Of a DNA stretch of 40,420 nt, positions 23,231 through 36,620 are shown piece after piece (position 1 is the stretch's first letter; each line of letters starts with the position of its first letter). This stretch comes from Octopus bimaculoides. Taxonomy: Eukaryota. The stretch lies in the NCBI RefSeq assembly GCF_001194135.2, contig NC_068981.1, forward strand, positions 71,200,369 to 71,240,788. The letters are read 5' to 3'. The translations under genes were made by a program, and so were the position numbers. The notes below the pieces were generated by a model. That model ran no database searches. It worked only from the letters and a program-made list of their open reading frames with translations, and was not told the DNA's origin.

Positions 23231-26200
23231 AGAATGTAGTTAATATTTCAGAAGTAAACATGTTGTCCTAGTGTTTTCAACATATTTTACTCCGTATGTC
23301 GTTTCTTGTTTTTGTTTAAGTATGTTTTATGTTTGTTGTGGTGAATGTTGCAAACTAATAGTCCACCCCGAGTAGCCCAACTAGCAACGCCACAAGGTCA
23401 CGCATATAAGTATACATTTTATGAAGGATATTTTATAACTTTGTAGAATAATGGAATTAATGTCTTGACCATGCAGCTAATCGTTCACCTTGATAATAAC
23501 CAATTATTCCTTCTGAATTTTCTGCTGATAAACTATCCTGTATTATGTTATGTAATGTTGTTTTCCCATGGTGAAAGGTTGATCGAGCAAACATACAATA
23601 TATGGCATTTCCATTGTAAAAATCTCTCTTTTGTTTTTTCAGAGAGTATATCCAGGGTTACATTTTTGAGTTTTCAATTTTGTGTTCATTTTGTGTTTTC
23701 AATTGAATATCATTTTTAAAATTAGTTTTGACTTTGAAAAAACCTGCCGTTGCTTCTATCAACCAAATATTAGGGTATTTAATTCCTCTTTTAATCCTTG
23801 TACTGCTTTTTTAAAACAGAAACCCAGAAATGGATCACATCAAGGATTTCTCTACAGATACACCATAAATGGAGACAAAGATTTGAATAATTTTAGAAAT
23901 ATTTTCTCTCTCATTCTATCTTTCTTTCTCTCACGTTCTCACCTTTTCTAACTTTTTTCTCTCTATTTCTTTCTCTTCCCCTCAAAAGTGTTTTCTTGTG
24001 TAAATATAGATAGAATTTCAGTAATGGCTAATTGTTTTATTTTCGCCAATAAAGATTCTCTATAATTCAGCTCTTCGTTTATAATGTGAGCTGTTGGTTT
24101 AGAAACCCATTATTAATGCATAAAATATAAACATATGGCATGGAACGACTGCAAACATAGAATAGAGAAACTTGAAATAAATCAATTTTCTCAATTATTT
24201 ACATTATACCTTGGAGACAAAATTAAAAATGAAATACCATTCATCAAATACAGAAACACACGTTAAGAATTTCTGTAGATTCAGAGGCGTGGGATGTTAA
24301 AAATACATGACTATTAGCAACATACATACACTTTTCTGAAGCTTCTAGAGAGTATCATTTTGTAAAATATAGTAGCCAAAAGAATAATTTTAAGACAAAA
24401 ATCCTACAGCATAATATCTTTAAAATTTTATTACATTAATGTATCAATGATAAACACATAAACTTGTGAAAATACAAAGCAGTAGGTTCTAATTGTAACG
24501 CTTTTTGTTTCCATTTTTTTGGTATTTTTTAAATATTTTTCATCTGTCAATGAAATTTCCCTGCAGGCGATAGTCTCATAAGACTTTGCAATTGAAAGGT
24601 GTTATTATCTTTTTTATCATTATTTTATCTTTGTTTATTTCATTTATAAGAACATTACTTTCTTTTTCTAAAACTTGACTCATAAAATAATGTGATACTT
24701 TTTTGCGTTTATATGTGTGTTTGTGTGAATATATCTGTGTGTGTGTATACATAGACATAGATATGCTTATATATATACGCATGTATGAGTGAATCTCTGC
24801 TCACATGTATCTAAGCGTGGATGGTAGATATAACGTTTTGTGAAATTAATGGTATCGCGATTTCACTCATTTTATCTCGAAAATGCAGGCTAATCAAAAC
24901 ATGGATCCCTGTAAATTTATATCACTGGCAATAATTTTCTCAAATTATAACCAACACTTTTGGAACTAAAGGATATTTTTCACGCCAGAAAGGTATTCCA
25001 CGTGTTGTAATGAGTGTGCACAATAAATGGAATATATTGGGAGTAGTATTAAATTGTTTTTTAAAAAAAACTGCAACGCTACTGCTACTATTATGTAGTA
25101 AAATGAGTGCTAACATATTAGATCTATTGTTGAGTGAATCTGCTCTTTGGCTATATTGTGACAACTCAAAAAAATGTGGCGACATTATTAGGCCTCATCA
25201 GTGAAGCATAGCCTATCCGATCAAAACAATCCAGTTAGCTTCCATCGTAACATTTGTAATGTTTGCTAATATTGGTTTGTTCTCATGTAATATATTACAA
25301 ATATCTTTCAAATGGATGTCAAGAAATTTCTAGATTTATAATTGGTGATGACTCTGGAAAGCTTACAAACAGTTACGATAATTTTCTCTTGAAGCATTTA
25401 TGACTTAGTCACTGATGTTTATATGCAGCCCAACATTTAATCGTTTCTCTGGTGTGTGATTAAGTGACTAAGCTTTCAAATACGGGCGATTTTTGTTTTG
25501 TAAAAGGCGTGCAAAATATTTAGTACATGGTCTGAAGAGCGTGGCACAGTAAAGTGATGCGAGGATAAGAGATGAATGTATTGTTTGAACTTGAATTTAT
25601 GTGATATCTAGTTAGATAGTTCAAATGTGCAAAGGAACTTATATGTATGTTGATGAGTTAGTCTAAAGCACCCAAATAAATATGGTAAAAGTGTACACTT
25701 ATTTGCTCTCTAGTCATTTGAAGATCGGATAATATGGTTAGGCTATGCTTTGCTGATGAGGTCTAATAATGTCGCCACATTTTTTGAGTTGTCACAATAC
25801 AGCCAAAGATAGATTCACTCAACACTATATCTAATATATTAGCACTCATTTTACTACATAACAGTAGCAGCACCATTCCAGGGTTTTTTTTTTAACAATA
25901 TAATAAAATATTCGGAGGCCATATAGAATGTTTCTCTCACAGACTTCTGAATAGGAGTGAAGAATTACAACGACAAATATTAATTTTTCTTTTTCATGAG
26001 AGTACGTAAATATTTAAACGGCAACTTCTTAATCCAGTATCATTTTTTGAAGAGGAAAATTTGCGTCGCAGATATTCTGAAGTTGTTATTGTTCACAACA
26101 TCCTCAACGATATTTTGCACTATTTATTTAACACTGACTTCGTTTCCTTGTACTCATTAAAAATTGCAAGTTGCTCGACTAGTGATGAATTCATGCAGAA

Positions 26201-26933
26201 AATTCAAGAAATCGATTTGTCCATTTGAACATAACATTCGTAAAGATTAATAATGACCATGAAATGAATAACTTACGAATTTATATACCATTGACGTTTA
26301 ATGATAAGAGGAGTACACGGTATAATGGTTTAAATTATTGTTGCACTGGAAATCTATCAGTTTTTCTTCACTGCCAGTAAACATTATACGAATATATATA
26401 CAAGTATATGTTATTTAATCATGCATAAAGAAAACTAGATATTAACTGAAAGCGCACTCGCTACACTTAAATGGAATATATAGTTTATTTTCACTTGAGC
26501 AAAACACGGAGTGAATTCGAATTTCCACTGGGCATTGGCTTCGTCGGGCGTTGAGTTTTATAATTTCAGATACTTGGTTTGCTCCAATTTGTTTGTGTAA
26601 CATATTCAGCGTTATACAGGAGTTAGTTGAATTGCAAAGTATAAATTGTTCTGGATTGGACATAGAGTATTTAAGTGGGTGTGGATAAAGGAAGAAGAAA
26701 CAAAATAATAAGGGATTTTTAAGAAGAAGAAACACTATGATAACAATAATTATATGTGATGTATAAGGTAGAGAGGTGAAATACCAAAGGCAAAATTGCA
26801 TAGAAAACTAATTCACTGGGATTGGTATTTAAGAAGCATTCTTCAGGCGAAATACGCACAGACACCACATATACGCACAGACACCACACATACGCACATA
26901 CATACACATGATCATACACATATACACACACTA

Positions 26934-27432
26934 GAGAGGTGCGTGAAAAACAATGCAAAAGTGAGCACAATTGTTTTTCATTAACTGATATAGATCGCTC
27001 AAATTGCTCAGGTTAGAGAGAAAAACTCTTCCTCTATATAACATAATCTCCATCAACAGCGATGCATTTGTAAAAACGTTCAGCCTAACTCACGAACCTA
27101 CCTTTATAGAAGAAATTCAGGTGTGCACTGTTGCACCCACTTTCTTCACAGTTCCATTCACCTTGTTTGTGTCATCAAATCCGTTATCCTCGAAAACCAA
27201 TCTTCATTGGACTAAACAGGTACAAGCTGGAGGGTGTTATATTCGAGCTGTATGCTGGATGGGGACCACTTAGCTCGATTTGCTTGATTCGTTACCAAAA
27301 TGCGTTTGGTTGCACGATATTATAGTAAACGTGGATCGTTTTCAGATACTTATTCGGTCTCTTCCACTTAATGGTTATTCTAAGCATTTGCTGAATGTCT
27401 CAATACACTGCTTGCTGCTCACATTACAGCTA
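26934..27432 (-). mobile_element. Mariner remnant, C-terminal half and 3' TIR
   Basis: The minus strand gives PHPAYSSNITPSSLYLFSPMK (cf. PHPPYSPDLAPSD) and ERFYKCIAVDGDYVI* (stop 27034-27036). A TIR-like tagagaggtgcgtgaaaaacaatgca lies at ~26932. Confidence 0.75.
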
Positions 27433-27434
27433 TA

Positions 27435-27841
27435 CAGTAATCGCTCGGGATATCCCGGACTCCTCAGGGTTTTTGCGGCTGATAGATATTTATATTTATA
27501 TTTTTTTTTAGATTTTAATTATATCTGTGATAAAATAAGCATTTTTACGCCTAAAAATTAATAAATTAATCAATAATAATACAATACAGTACTGCACTAT
27601 GTAGCACATTAATTAAAACATATTAAAAGAAAATACGTAATGTACCGTTGATGAGTAAACAAAGAATCGCACATACTGTATGGAAAACGAAGCTCGGGAA
27701 GCGAGTGTGTGGTGTTGTTTTACATTTATAACAAAATAAATATATACAAATTATAAAAATGATTTTTTTAAAAATATACAGTACAATATTGTTTCTACTT
27801 CGCGGATTTTCACCTATCACGCGATAGTCGAGGGATTACTG
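27435..27841. mobile_element. Tigger/pogo-type MITE with TA target duplication
   Basis: TA|CAGTAATCGCTCGGGATATCCCG ... CGCGATAGTCGAGGGATTACTG|TA, 407 bp. Confidence 0.85.
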
Positions 27842-28061
27842 TATTTTATGGTTATTGATGTTTCTATGTAGGACATGTAGAGAAGCAAATATATACAACT
27901 AACATATACGCACTTACATACTTACATGCAAACATATAAACAAGGTTTGTGTCGCAAATAATGCATAAGTGAGCATATCCCCTTTTTAACTGACATAAGT
28001 TGTACGAATGGTACATGCTGGTAGAGTAACTCTTCATCTAAAGTGTCTCTTATCCCTGTAT

Positions 28062-28715
28062 TTTAGAAAATCAATGAGAATAAAGAATAAAGAAATTATC
28101 GACCAAAAGTCATCATGACTTTCGTTGCCGATCGCTGGCTTTTTGAATTTTTTAAGCCTTGAAGAAGAGATATGAAGCTATTTCTTTGGACTGAGTCTTC
28201 GTTTCGAATCGTAAGGATTGGGCCACGTTGTATTTCTTGTCAGTAGATCAGAAAAAAAGACATATCTTCATTGTCTTCAAATACTTCCAGCAAATCAGAC
28301 TGGCCTGCCCACCTTTTCTCCTTTGAATGAAATATCAACTGCAGAGGTAGCCGCTTAGCATAAAATTTCCTAGACCCAAACTCTTCTACCATGTTCTGTA
28401 AAGTACTCTGACCAAAATCCAATTATGCGGCAAGCTCACAGAGTGTAACTGGTTTGTCAGCGCATATCAATTCTTCCACTCCCTAGCAATTGCTGCCAGT
28501 AGTCGAAATTGATGGTTTCCCACTGCATGGTTTGTCTTCAGTGCTGGTCTCTTCTTTAAACTTCATCCATCAGTGCACGTTGATCCTGCCAATGTTGTCA
28601 ACTCCGTAAACAATCTTAAGGCCTCAGTGGATGACGGACAGCCTGCACACCTCCTTTATGAAGAATTCAATGACGCTAGATTCCCTCAGCTTGGAACCAA
28701 TTATTTACCTGCAAT
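28062..28715 (-). mobile_element. Mariner remnant, N-terminal half
   Basis: The minus strand gives SVIEFFIKE...TEDKPCSGKPSIST (HTH region), then RKFYAKRLPLQL...RFETKTQSKE...LKKFK and FILIDFL. Confidence 0.8.
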
Positions 28716-28887
28716 GAATTACAGGGATAAGAGACACTTTAGATGAAGATTTACTCTACCAACATGTACCATTCGTACAACTTATGTCAGTTAAAAAGGG
28801 GATATGCTCACTTATGCATTATTTGCGACATGAACCTTGTTCATGTGTTTGCGTGTAAGTATGTAGATGTGCATATGTTAGTCGTTT

Positions 28888-29195
28888 GGAGACGCAATGG
28901 CCCAGTCGTTAGAGCAAAAACACCTAAAGCTCCGGCAGGGGATGGTAGCGAACCCTGCTGTACTCTTTCACCACAACTTTATCTCACTCTTACTTCCTGT
29001 TTTTGTTGTGCCTGTGATTCAAAGGGTCAGCCTTGTCACACTGTGTCACGCTGAATATCCCCGAGAACTACGTTATTGGTACACGTGTCTGTGGAGTGCT
29101 CAGCCACTTGCACGTTAATTTCACGAGCAGGCTGTTTCGTTGATCGGATCAACTGGAACCCTCGACGTCGTAAGCGACGGAGTGCCAACAACAAC

Positions 29196-29205
<10 letters not shown>
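28888..29205 (+). mobile_element. tRNA-derived SINE, internally deleted copy with (CAA)n tail
   Basis: Near-colinear with 29942-30336 but lacks the segment containing the B-box. Confidence 0.9.
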
Positions 29206-29227
<22 letters not shown>

Positions 29228-29508
29228 AAAATATATATATATANNNNNNNNNNNNNNNNNNNNNNNNNNNNNNNNNNNNNNNNNNNNNNNNNNNNNNNNN
29301 NNNNNNNNNNNNNNNNNNNNNNNNNNNNNNNNNNNNNNNNNNNNNNNNNNNNNNNNNNNNNNNNNNNNNNNNNNNNNNNNNNNNNNNNNNNNNNNNNNNN
29401 NNNNNNNNNNNNNNNNNNNNNNNNNNNNNNNNNNNNNNNNNNNNNNNNNNNNNNNNNNNNNNNNNNNNNNNNNNNNNNNNNNNNNNNNNNNNNNNNNNNN
29501 NNNNNNNN

Positions 29509-29562
<54 letters not shown>

Positions 29563-29941
29563 CAGTAGGGAATAATATAGATATAATCTGTATTTAAAAA
29601 ATAAAACAAAAGCGAGATGGTTTTCTTACTCTCTGTAAGTGCTTTGCATTATACTCGTAACCAGCTTATTATAAAATCTTCAGCTGATGCTTAGGCTCTT
29701 ATAGAATATAATTGGGTTCGTTACGACTATCACTGAGATATGCCTTCGATAGTTTTGTATACCCAGCTTGTGTCAATAGGTGTAGTGCAAGCATTATTTC
29801 CTGCGAAATGAATCAATAACACTATTGATTTCGTATTTCATAAGTTTAGACTGAAGCATTCTTGCATCTTTTGGCGTTTGTACGTTCATGAATGTATTTA
29901 GATGTGTGTGTGTGTATCTATACATGCGTATGCAAGTGGAT

Positions 29942-30336
29942 GCGGAGGTGCAAATGGCCCAGTGGTTAGGGCAACGGACTCGCAGTCATAGGATCGCGAT
30001 TTCGATTCCCAGACCGGGCGTTGTGAGTGTTTATTGAGCGAAAACACCTAAAGCGCCACGAGGCTCCGGCAGGGGATGGTGGCGAACCCTGGTGTTCTCT
30101 TTCACCACAACTTTCTCTCACTTTTACTTCCTGTTTCTGTTGTGCCTGTAATTCAAAGGGTCAGCCTTGTCACACTGTGTCACGCTGAATATCCCCGACA
30201 ACTACGTTAAGGGTACACGTGTCTGTGGAGTGTTCAGCCACTTGCACGTTAATTTCACGAGCAAGCTGTTCCGTTGATCGGATCAACTGGAACCCTGGAC
30301 GTCGTAAGCGACGGAGTGCCAACAACAACAACAACA
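29942..30336 (+). mobile_element. Full-length tRNA-derived SINE with 12-bp TSD
   Basis: A-box TGGCCCAGTGG, B-box-like ATTTCGATTCC and a (CAA)n tail. The TSD ATGCAAGTGGAT is at 29930-29941 and 30337-30348. Confidence 0.93.
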
Positions 30337-30439
30337 ATGCAAGTGGATACATGCGTGTGTGCATATGTCTCAATCCAAAACCATCTTAGATATGTATTGT
30401 ATCCCTGCTATTACTTTCAAACAATCATTTCTAAAAATA

Positions 30440-31312
30440 GCTCGGATCTTTTCCCTTTGAACGGCACATCGAGAAATTAATTTTTTTTTGTGACTAAACA
30501 CTTTCAAACTCCGGACACTGGTAGAATGTGTTATATAAAACATCTTTTACTCTTATTGTTGTTGAGAAAAGTTTATATTTTAAAAGTTATTTCGTGTTAA
30601 AGTTGTCGTATTTCGGTAATTTCAACCAATCAATAACGTGTATTCAGCTGAATAAAATTACTGCCGTTGTTTGTCAGCAACAACTATCGGCGGTGTATAT
30701 CACGTTTGTCACTGTTATTTATGACATCTGGGTTTTAGAGCTACGGTTAGGGTTAGGGTTTTAGGCTCAGGGTTAGGGTTGGGGTTTAGGGTTAGGGTTG
30801 GGGGTTTAGAGTTAGGGTGGGATTTTAGGGTTTGAGTTACAGAAAAATGGGAAAAATGAAGAAATTGGAGGGGGAGGGGGAATATCTTTCCGGAAATAGT
30901 AGCTGAAAAACAGGAAAAATAAACTAAGCGCAGTAGAAATGCACGAACGATTGTGGTGGTGCCATGAAGTAAACATGCTTCAGATACACTCGTTTATTCA
31001 TACAAACGTAACTGAGATGAAATATGTCATAAATAACAGTGACAAACGAAATATACACCGCCGGAAGTTGTTGTTGACAAACAACAGCAGTAATTGTTTT
31101 CACCTCAATAGACGTCATTGCTTGGTTGAAATTACCGAAATACGACTACTTTAACACGAAATAACTTCGAAAATACACAATTTTCTCAAAAACGCCAAGA
31201 CTAAATGATGCTTTATGTGACACATTCTACCAGTATACGAACTTTGAAAGTGTTTAGTTTTTAAAAAATTATTTTTTAAATGTACCGGCCAAAGGGAAAA
31301 GATCCAATAGCT
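30440..31312. mobile_element. Foldback/MITE-like element with ~290-bp inverted arms
   Basis: 30440-30728 is the diverged reverse complement of 31025-31312. Matching blocks include ggatcttttccctttg, actggtagaatgtg, aagttatttcgtgttaaag and tttgtcactgttatttatgacat. Confidence 0.85.
30745..30834 (+). repeat. Degenerate interstitial (TTAGGG)n array
   Basis: ggttagggttagggttttaggctcagggttagggttggggtttagggttaggg... Confidence 0.85.
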
Positions 31313-31809
31313 CTTGCCAAACACTATCTCCTCTCCCTCTTTCTCACCCTCTTTCTTTCCGCCAAATTCCGGAAACAATTCTGCAGAGAATAATTCACTG
31401 CAGTATGTGTTGCCGGCTGGAGAACATAATTATTTAAATTATTATTTATATATAGAGGGTGATAAATTGAATATTAATTCAATTTAAAACCAAGTGATGA
31501 CCTCTTTCTAGCTTATCGGATGTCCACTTAGTGGTCATCCCTTCTTATACATATATAGATATGTATATAGACATACGCAAAGACACATGCATGTATATAC
31601 GTGTACATACATAACACCCACACACATACACAGATATATACACACGCACATGCATTTGTCCACATGCGCGCGCGCGCGACACACGCACGCACCCATGCAC
31701 TCAGACATTTGCTTGCTACTCCCAATATTCCACTTCCAACATCTCAAATTTGCTTAGAACAATCGTTAACATATCGCAGCCTTCACTTTGAGATTATTTC
31801 CTTTCTCTG

Positions 31810-32260
31810 ATGCTACTAGCATGGCTTCCTTGTACCTATATCAATTGAGAACTGCTCTCACATGACAAACGCTAATTATAGCAGACTTCTGAAATCTTTG
31901 ACAAAAGCAATTCTTATTTTTTTGATACAAGCAAAGCCTTCAACCGTGTCTAGCATAAGAACCACATTGCTACGATTTCCACCCATGTGCTTTATCCATA
32001 TTTAATATCATGGATTAATGCTTTCCTGCAAATCTGTGTCATTTCAGTATGTTCCAAAGGAGCATTTTCTCACCTAAATTTCATCAACTCCAATGCATTC
32101 TAAGATTCAGTTAAGTTTTCACACCCTTTCTGCTGCGATGACCTACTTAATAACACTAACTACACACATTTACTTTACAACTGCGGCAACTTAGGCATCT
32201 CCGCCAAGACTTGCACAGACACCTCGAAATCTTGGTTTTCTTCAATTGTATCATACGACA
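31810..32260 (+). mobile_element. Highly degenerate CR1/Jockey-group LINE RT fragment
   Basis: FDTSKAFNRV*HK...LISWINAFL (cf. LDISKAFDRVWH...WISSFL), starting at ~31921. Confidence 0.7.
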
Positions 32261-33432
32261 CAGTAGCTCAAAAATTCAATTTCAAAGAAGCAGTAAGCCT
32301 CCAGAATTGCTCCTAAGTTTAGGTTTCATGAACTCTGGTGAGCTTGCATTGAAATAGCGGTGTTCAGTTCAGTTAAGTTCTCCTTGGAACCAGCTAATTT
32401 GGTACCACCATCACTCAGTAGCAAATGATACGCCCAATTCTTCTTTCTTTTTCACTCTTAATGTCCTGGATCTATCTCGAAGTAGTTTTCTTAATCATTT
32501 ATTTTCAGAACTACAACATCTACATTTCTACCTCTCTTTCTCTTGCATTTTTAAACGCCGACATTCAACAATAAAGACTGAACGTAAATCTCGTCAATTT
32601 CAGCAGTCTATGAAACTCCATAAAAACCATGGTCATCCTCTAAAAATTATAGCAATAATTTCACTCCTCTATAACATGATGTATTTACTGCTTTACCATA
32701 AGAAATATTTATTTTTCGTATTAATACAAACTGACGTGTGATTTTTTTAAATTACAGAAAAATTTGAAGCGTGTAAAAATTCTGTATTGGTGTCTAAGTA
32801 GATGAGTATGACTGCTTGCTCTAAAATTTAAATGAGTTCATCCATTTATGTCCAGTCTGCTTGAGTATAATGTTAATATAACAGGTGGTTAAGCAGACTT
32901 CAGCGTAAGTGTGTCTGTCAAGAACCTCAGACCATAGGAGCATGAATTCACCTTCGTGAAGTAATGAAATGCTCATGAATTAAACATTTCTCGAGCAGCT
33001 TATAACAATGATTTTAACCTAAACATAATGCACTATTTGGCAGAACAATCCAGTAAACTTTGTTTTCTATTGTGATAGTCATGGCACATTTTAGATAACA
33101 CAATGTATATTTCATTGGTCCGTCAAGTTTTTTGAATATCTACTGACTTCGAAAGCTGCTATTTTACTAAATAGAAGTGAATGATAACAATAACAAATGA
33201 ACATTTTTTTGTGAGACAACCGAAATTGATATACATGACAAGACAAGTTGACATTTATTTCATCGCGAAGTTTGAAAGGAAATAACGCCATCCAAAATTC
33301 CTCTAACAAATGAAATAGTTTTCGCTGAGAAATATGAGACATTGAAAATAGAGATATTCGAACTACTATTCAGCCAACGAAAGATTCATTCTTGCAGTGA
33401 CCTTAATATATTTTTGTATGTAAATACATCTA

Positions 33433-33720
33433 GGTATGAGCCGCGCAGCGGTGAGCAACCTGATTAAGCTATGGAAAAAGTGTGGTGAGTCTTGTAATAC
33501 GAAGACGCGCTGATAAAGTTAGTGGTGGCCTCAGTGATATTGTACAGTTACAAGACATGGTTATTAAACGTTGGACAACAGCACAAAGTTTTTAATTGTG
33601 GTGCTGACGCTATATAGAGTAAATCTCGTGAAAGGTTCATAAGTTCGATTTATTCATGCCCAGACCAGGTAGGCAACTCTATGCGCGAGCAAAAACCCAA
33701 TAGACTTTCTCTTTCGAGGG
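33433..33720 (+). mobile_element. RTE LINE C-terminal fragment
   Basis: GMSRAAVSNLIKLWKK...TKTR, followed by a frameshifted LYGCETW-like region. Confidence 0.55.
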
Positions 33721-36381
33721 AAAGAGAACTGTAATACTTCATATTGACGCTGATGAGTGCTGGTATGTGGATTTATATCAGTAGTGAGCTGACAACGTGA
33801 AACAGTTGAAAAGCAATCATTTTATATATCACCAGCTCAGGAGTACCCCAAACCGACCTTTGTCTCAAGCGATTGACGAGAATTTATTCGTCGACCTGCT
33901 GTAGCAACGAAATGCGGCTTAATAGAATTTATAATAGAATTTATAATAGTCTTTCTTGCTTAAAAGGACTGCTATCACTACTGGGACCTTGTCCACAGAA
34001 AATTATCTGGTAACTTCCTAAATAGAACACATGTAGGACTCGTACCACTGCACAAGTTCGAGCTTTGTGGTCACACGCGTACACTTTGTAGCACGTATGA
34101 GTTAACAAGACGGTAAAATACTTGATAGCAAAAGAAATGCGTTATATATTTTTTACTTACATAATATCCTACTTTTCATTATATCTCGTATTTTAGCTTC
34201 ACGATGCAAATTTCCAAACAATATATCAGAAGTAATACAAGAAATCCATTAATTTGAATGCTTAGGAAAACCTGGATAATACGATAGCTTTTGATAGCAT
34301 GCAGGAGAATAATTAAGATTATAAAGAAGTTATGAAAAATAGCGCAATGGAAATATTGTTATGAAGAGAGAAAAAAATAAATATATCAGAAATAGTTATG
34401 ACAGTAAAAAATAAAAATATTGGGAAATATATTTATGAAAAGAATAAAATAACGAAATAAACATAGTTATGGTGTGGTTTTGAGAAGAGGACAAGGGAAG
34501 AGTGGGGATTCTTAGATACGTGCATTAAATGAGAAGCTGTTGTAAACCAAGGCTGAAAGAAAACCGAACTGTAAAGAAATGTGGCTGTATATATATCTGT
34601 GTGTGATACCCACACAAATATCTATGCAGAGGCATATGAATGTTTAGAAATGAATATTGCTAACAGAAGTGACAATAAAATGGTGAAGCTAAAATGATGA
34701 CATTGAAATGGGTAAACAGAAAGTCTTCTTTGTGGAATTAAGGTTGTGCGAGACGATGTTACGGGCTATGAAAATATAACGCTATAAAAAGAAATAGATA
34801 TCAATATCACAGCAATTTGTATGTATGTGAAACCTTTTTATCGAATGTGTATAAGGGCTCGTATACACACACCGGAATATACGCATGTACACATGCGCGT
34901 ACGTATTTATGTATAGAGTGCATAGGAAAGAATAATGAAAACAACTAACAGAGTAAATATAATTATCATGCATGGTAGTTTGGGGTGGGGCGTAAAGGAG
35001 AGAATGAAATTTACACATGCGCATTCAGTCTGAGCAATTTAAAGACAATAATGAAAGACAACCAATCTTTTTACAAATGATGCCATAGAATGATGGGTAT
35101 TGTCTATATATGAATACGAGTGTATACACTTTCACACACATAGTAACTTACTCAACGAACATACATGCACGCGCGAACGCACTCGTTTGTATAAAGAAGT
35201 GTAAAAATGTAAAGAGATGAATAACATCGAGGTGATAGAAAAATGTCAAGATACTGACATTAAAGTAGACAGCGCGTCTTGGCTGTTAAATTACAGTCTT
35301 ACGGAATTTCGTAATGGGGTGTGTGAAAATTGAGTGACATGAAAGCATTACAATATTAATGTGAAAGCAACATCTGCGAATATGTGAAAAAGTTTTTAGT
35401 ATGAGTGGGATTTTCTGTAAAAATATAATCGGGAAAATTAAAAAGGCGAGCGCCATACTAAGAGGAATAAAGAGGATTTGACAAGGGTTGAAATTACGTG
35501 AAATTAGCGATGAATCGATAGTGAATGGTACGGGCGTAATTCCTTTGCAGTAGATGTGCTTGAGCAAACCCCTCCTCGAAATCAAGCACACTCAAGAACC
35601 ATGTTTATTTTATTACCTCTTTACATTATTCATCTCTACTTATCTGTATGTTCTGTCTACACATATGTACGTGTGGGTGGTGTTATGCATATATTGGTAA
35701 AGCATTTGACACACTTAACCATATACATACACGTTTGCCATCGATATAGCTGTTTCCATATCGTTATATTTTCACACTTCTATAACGGGATTCATAAGGC
35801 CGTAAACGTACAAACAAGGTTCTCTATTTACCAATTCTTAACATCATCATCATCACAACAATTTTTCTGTCACTTGTGTTTGCACGTGTTTATATGTATA
35901 CGTGTAGTACGTTTATATCCGGGTGTGTGGCGGGGTCTGTGTTTCTGTGTGTCTGTGTCGGTGTATGTGTGTGTTTCTGAGTGTATATGTGTGTATGTAT
36001 ACATTTTTAGTAATACCATTCCACAACCACTTTCTTAAACTTCAGTCTAAGCTTACAATTGCTAAGCAAGGAATGGTCATATATAAGAAACTGTATTCTT
36101 TCCCTTTCCTTTCGTTCGTAATAATTTATTCGTCATCTAATCGTTTTTATAACTTTATTTTGTCGTTATAATTGTTTCCTATTCCCTTATCTTTCAACCT
36201 TTATAACTATACTTCCATTATCTTATTTAATTATTCTTATGTGCTCAATCAAGAGCTATCTTTTCGTCTAGGCTTTCCAATATATTCAAATTAACAGCTT
36301 CTTAGTACCATTTTTCATGTTTGTTGCAAGTTCGGCAACGTGAATCCTTAAATTACACGTTATCAATATTAAACAATTCAT

Positions 36382-36418
<37 letters not shown>

Positions 36419-36571
36419 NNNNNNNNNNNNNNNNNNNNNNNNNNNNNNNNNNNNNNNNNNNNNNNNNNNNNNNNNNNNNNNNNNNNNNNNNNNNNNNNNN
36501 NNNNNNNNNNNNNNNNNNNNNNNNNNNNNNNNNNNNNNNNNNNNNNNTATAAGTATGTATGTATATATATA

Positions 36572-36620
<49 letters not shown>

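Noticed and set aside
23460-23660. Protein-like minus-strand open frame (RDFYNGNAIYCMFARSTFHHGK...GYYQGERLAAWSRH)
   Set aside because: It is bounded by stops, lacks a convincing splice acceptor or early start, and no homology was recognised.
30745-30834. True chromosome end
   Set aside because: The array is short, degenerate, internal and enclosed by inverted arms.
33750-33810. CTGATGA followed by a 9-bp hairpin and a later GAAAC
   Set aside because: GAAA does not follow the hairpin directly and there is no NUH or stem I. It lies next to a decayed RTE fragment and is probably chance.
35286-35591. Possible further LINE remnant (KIKKASAIL-like)
   Set aside because: The similarity is too weak to support by eye.
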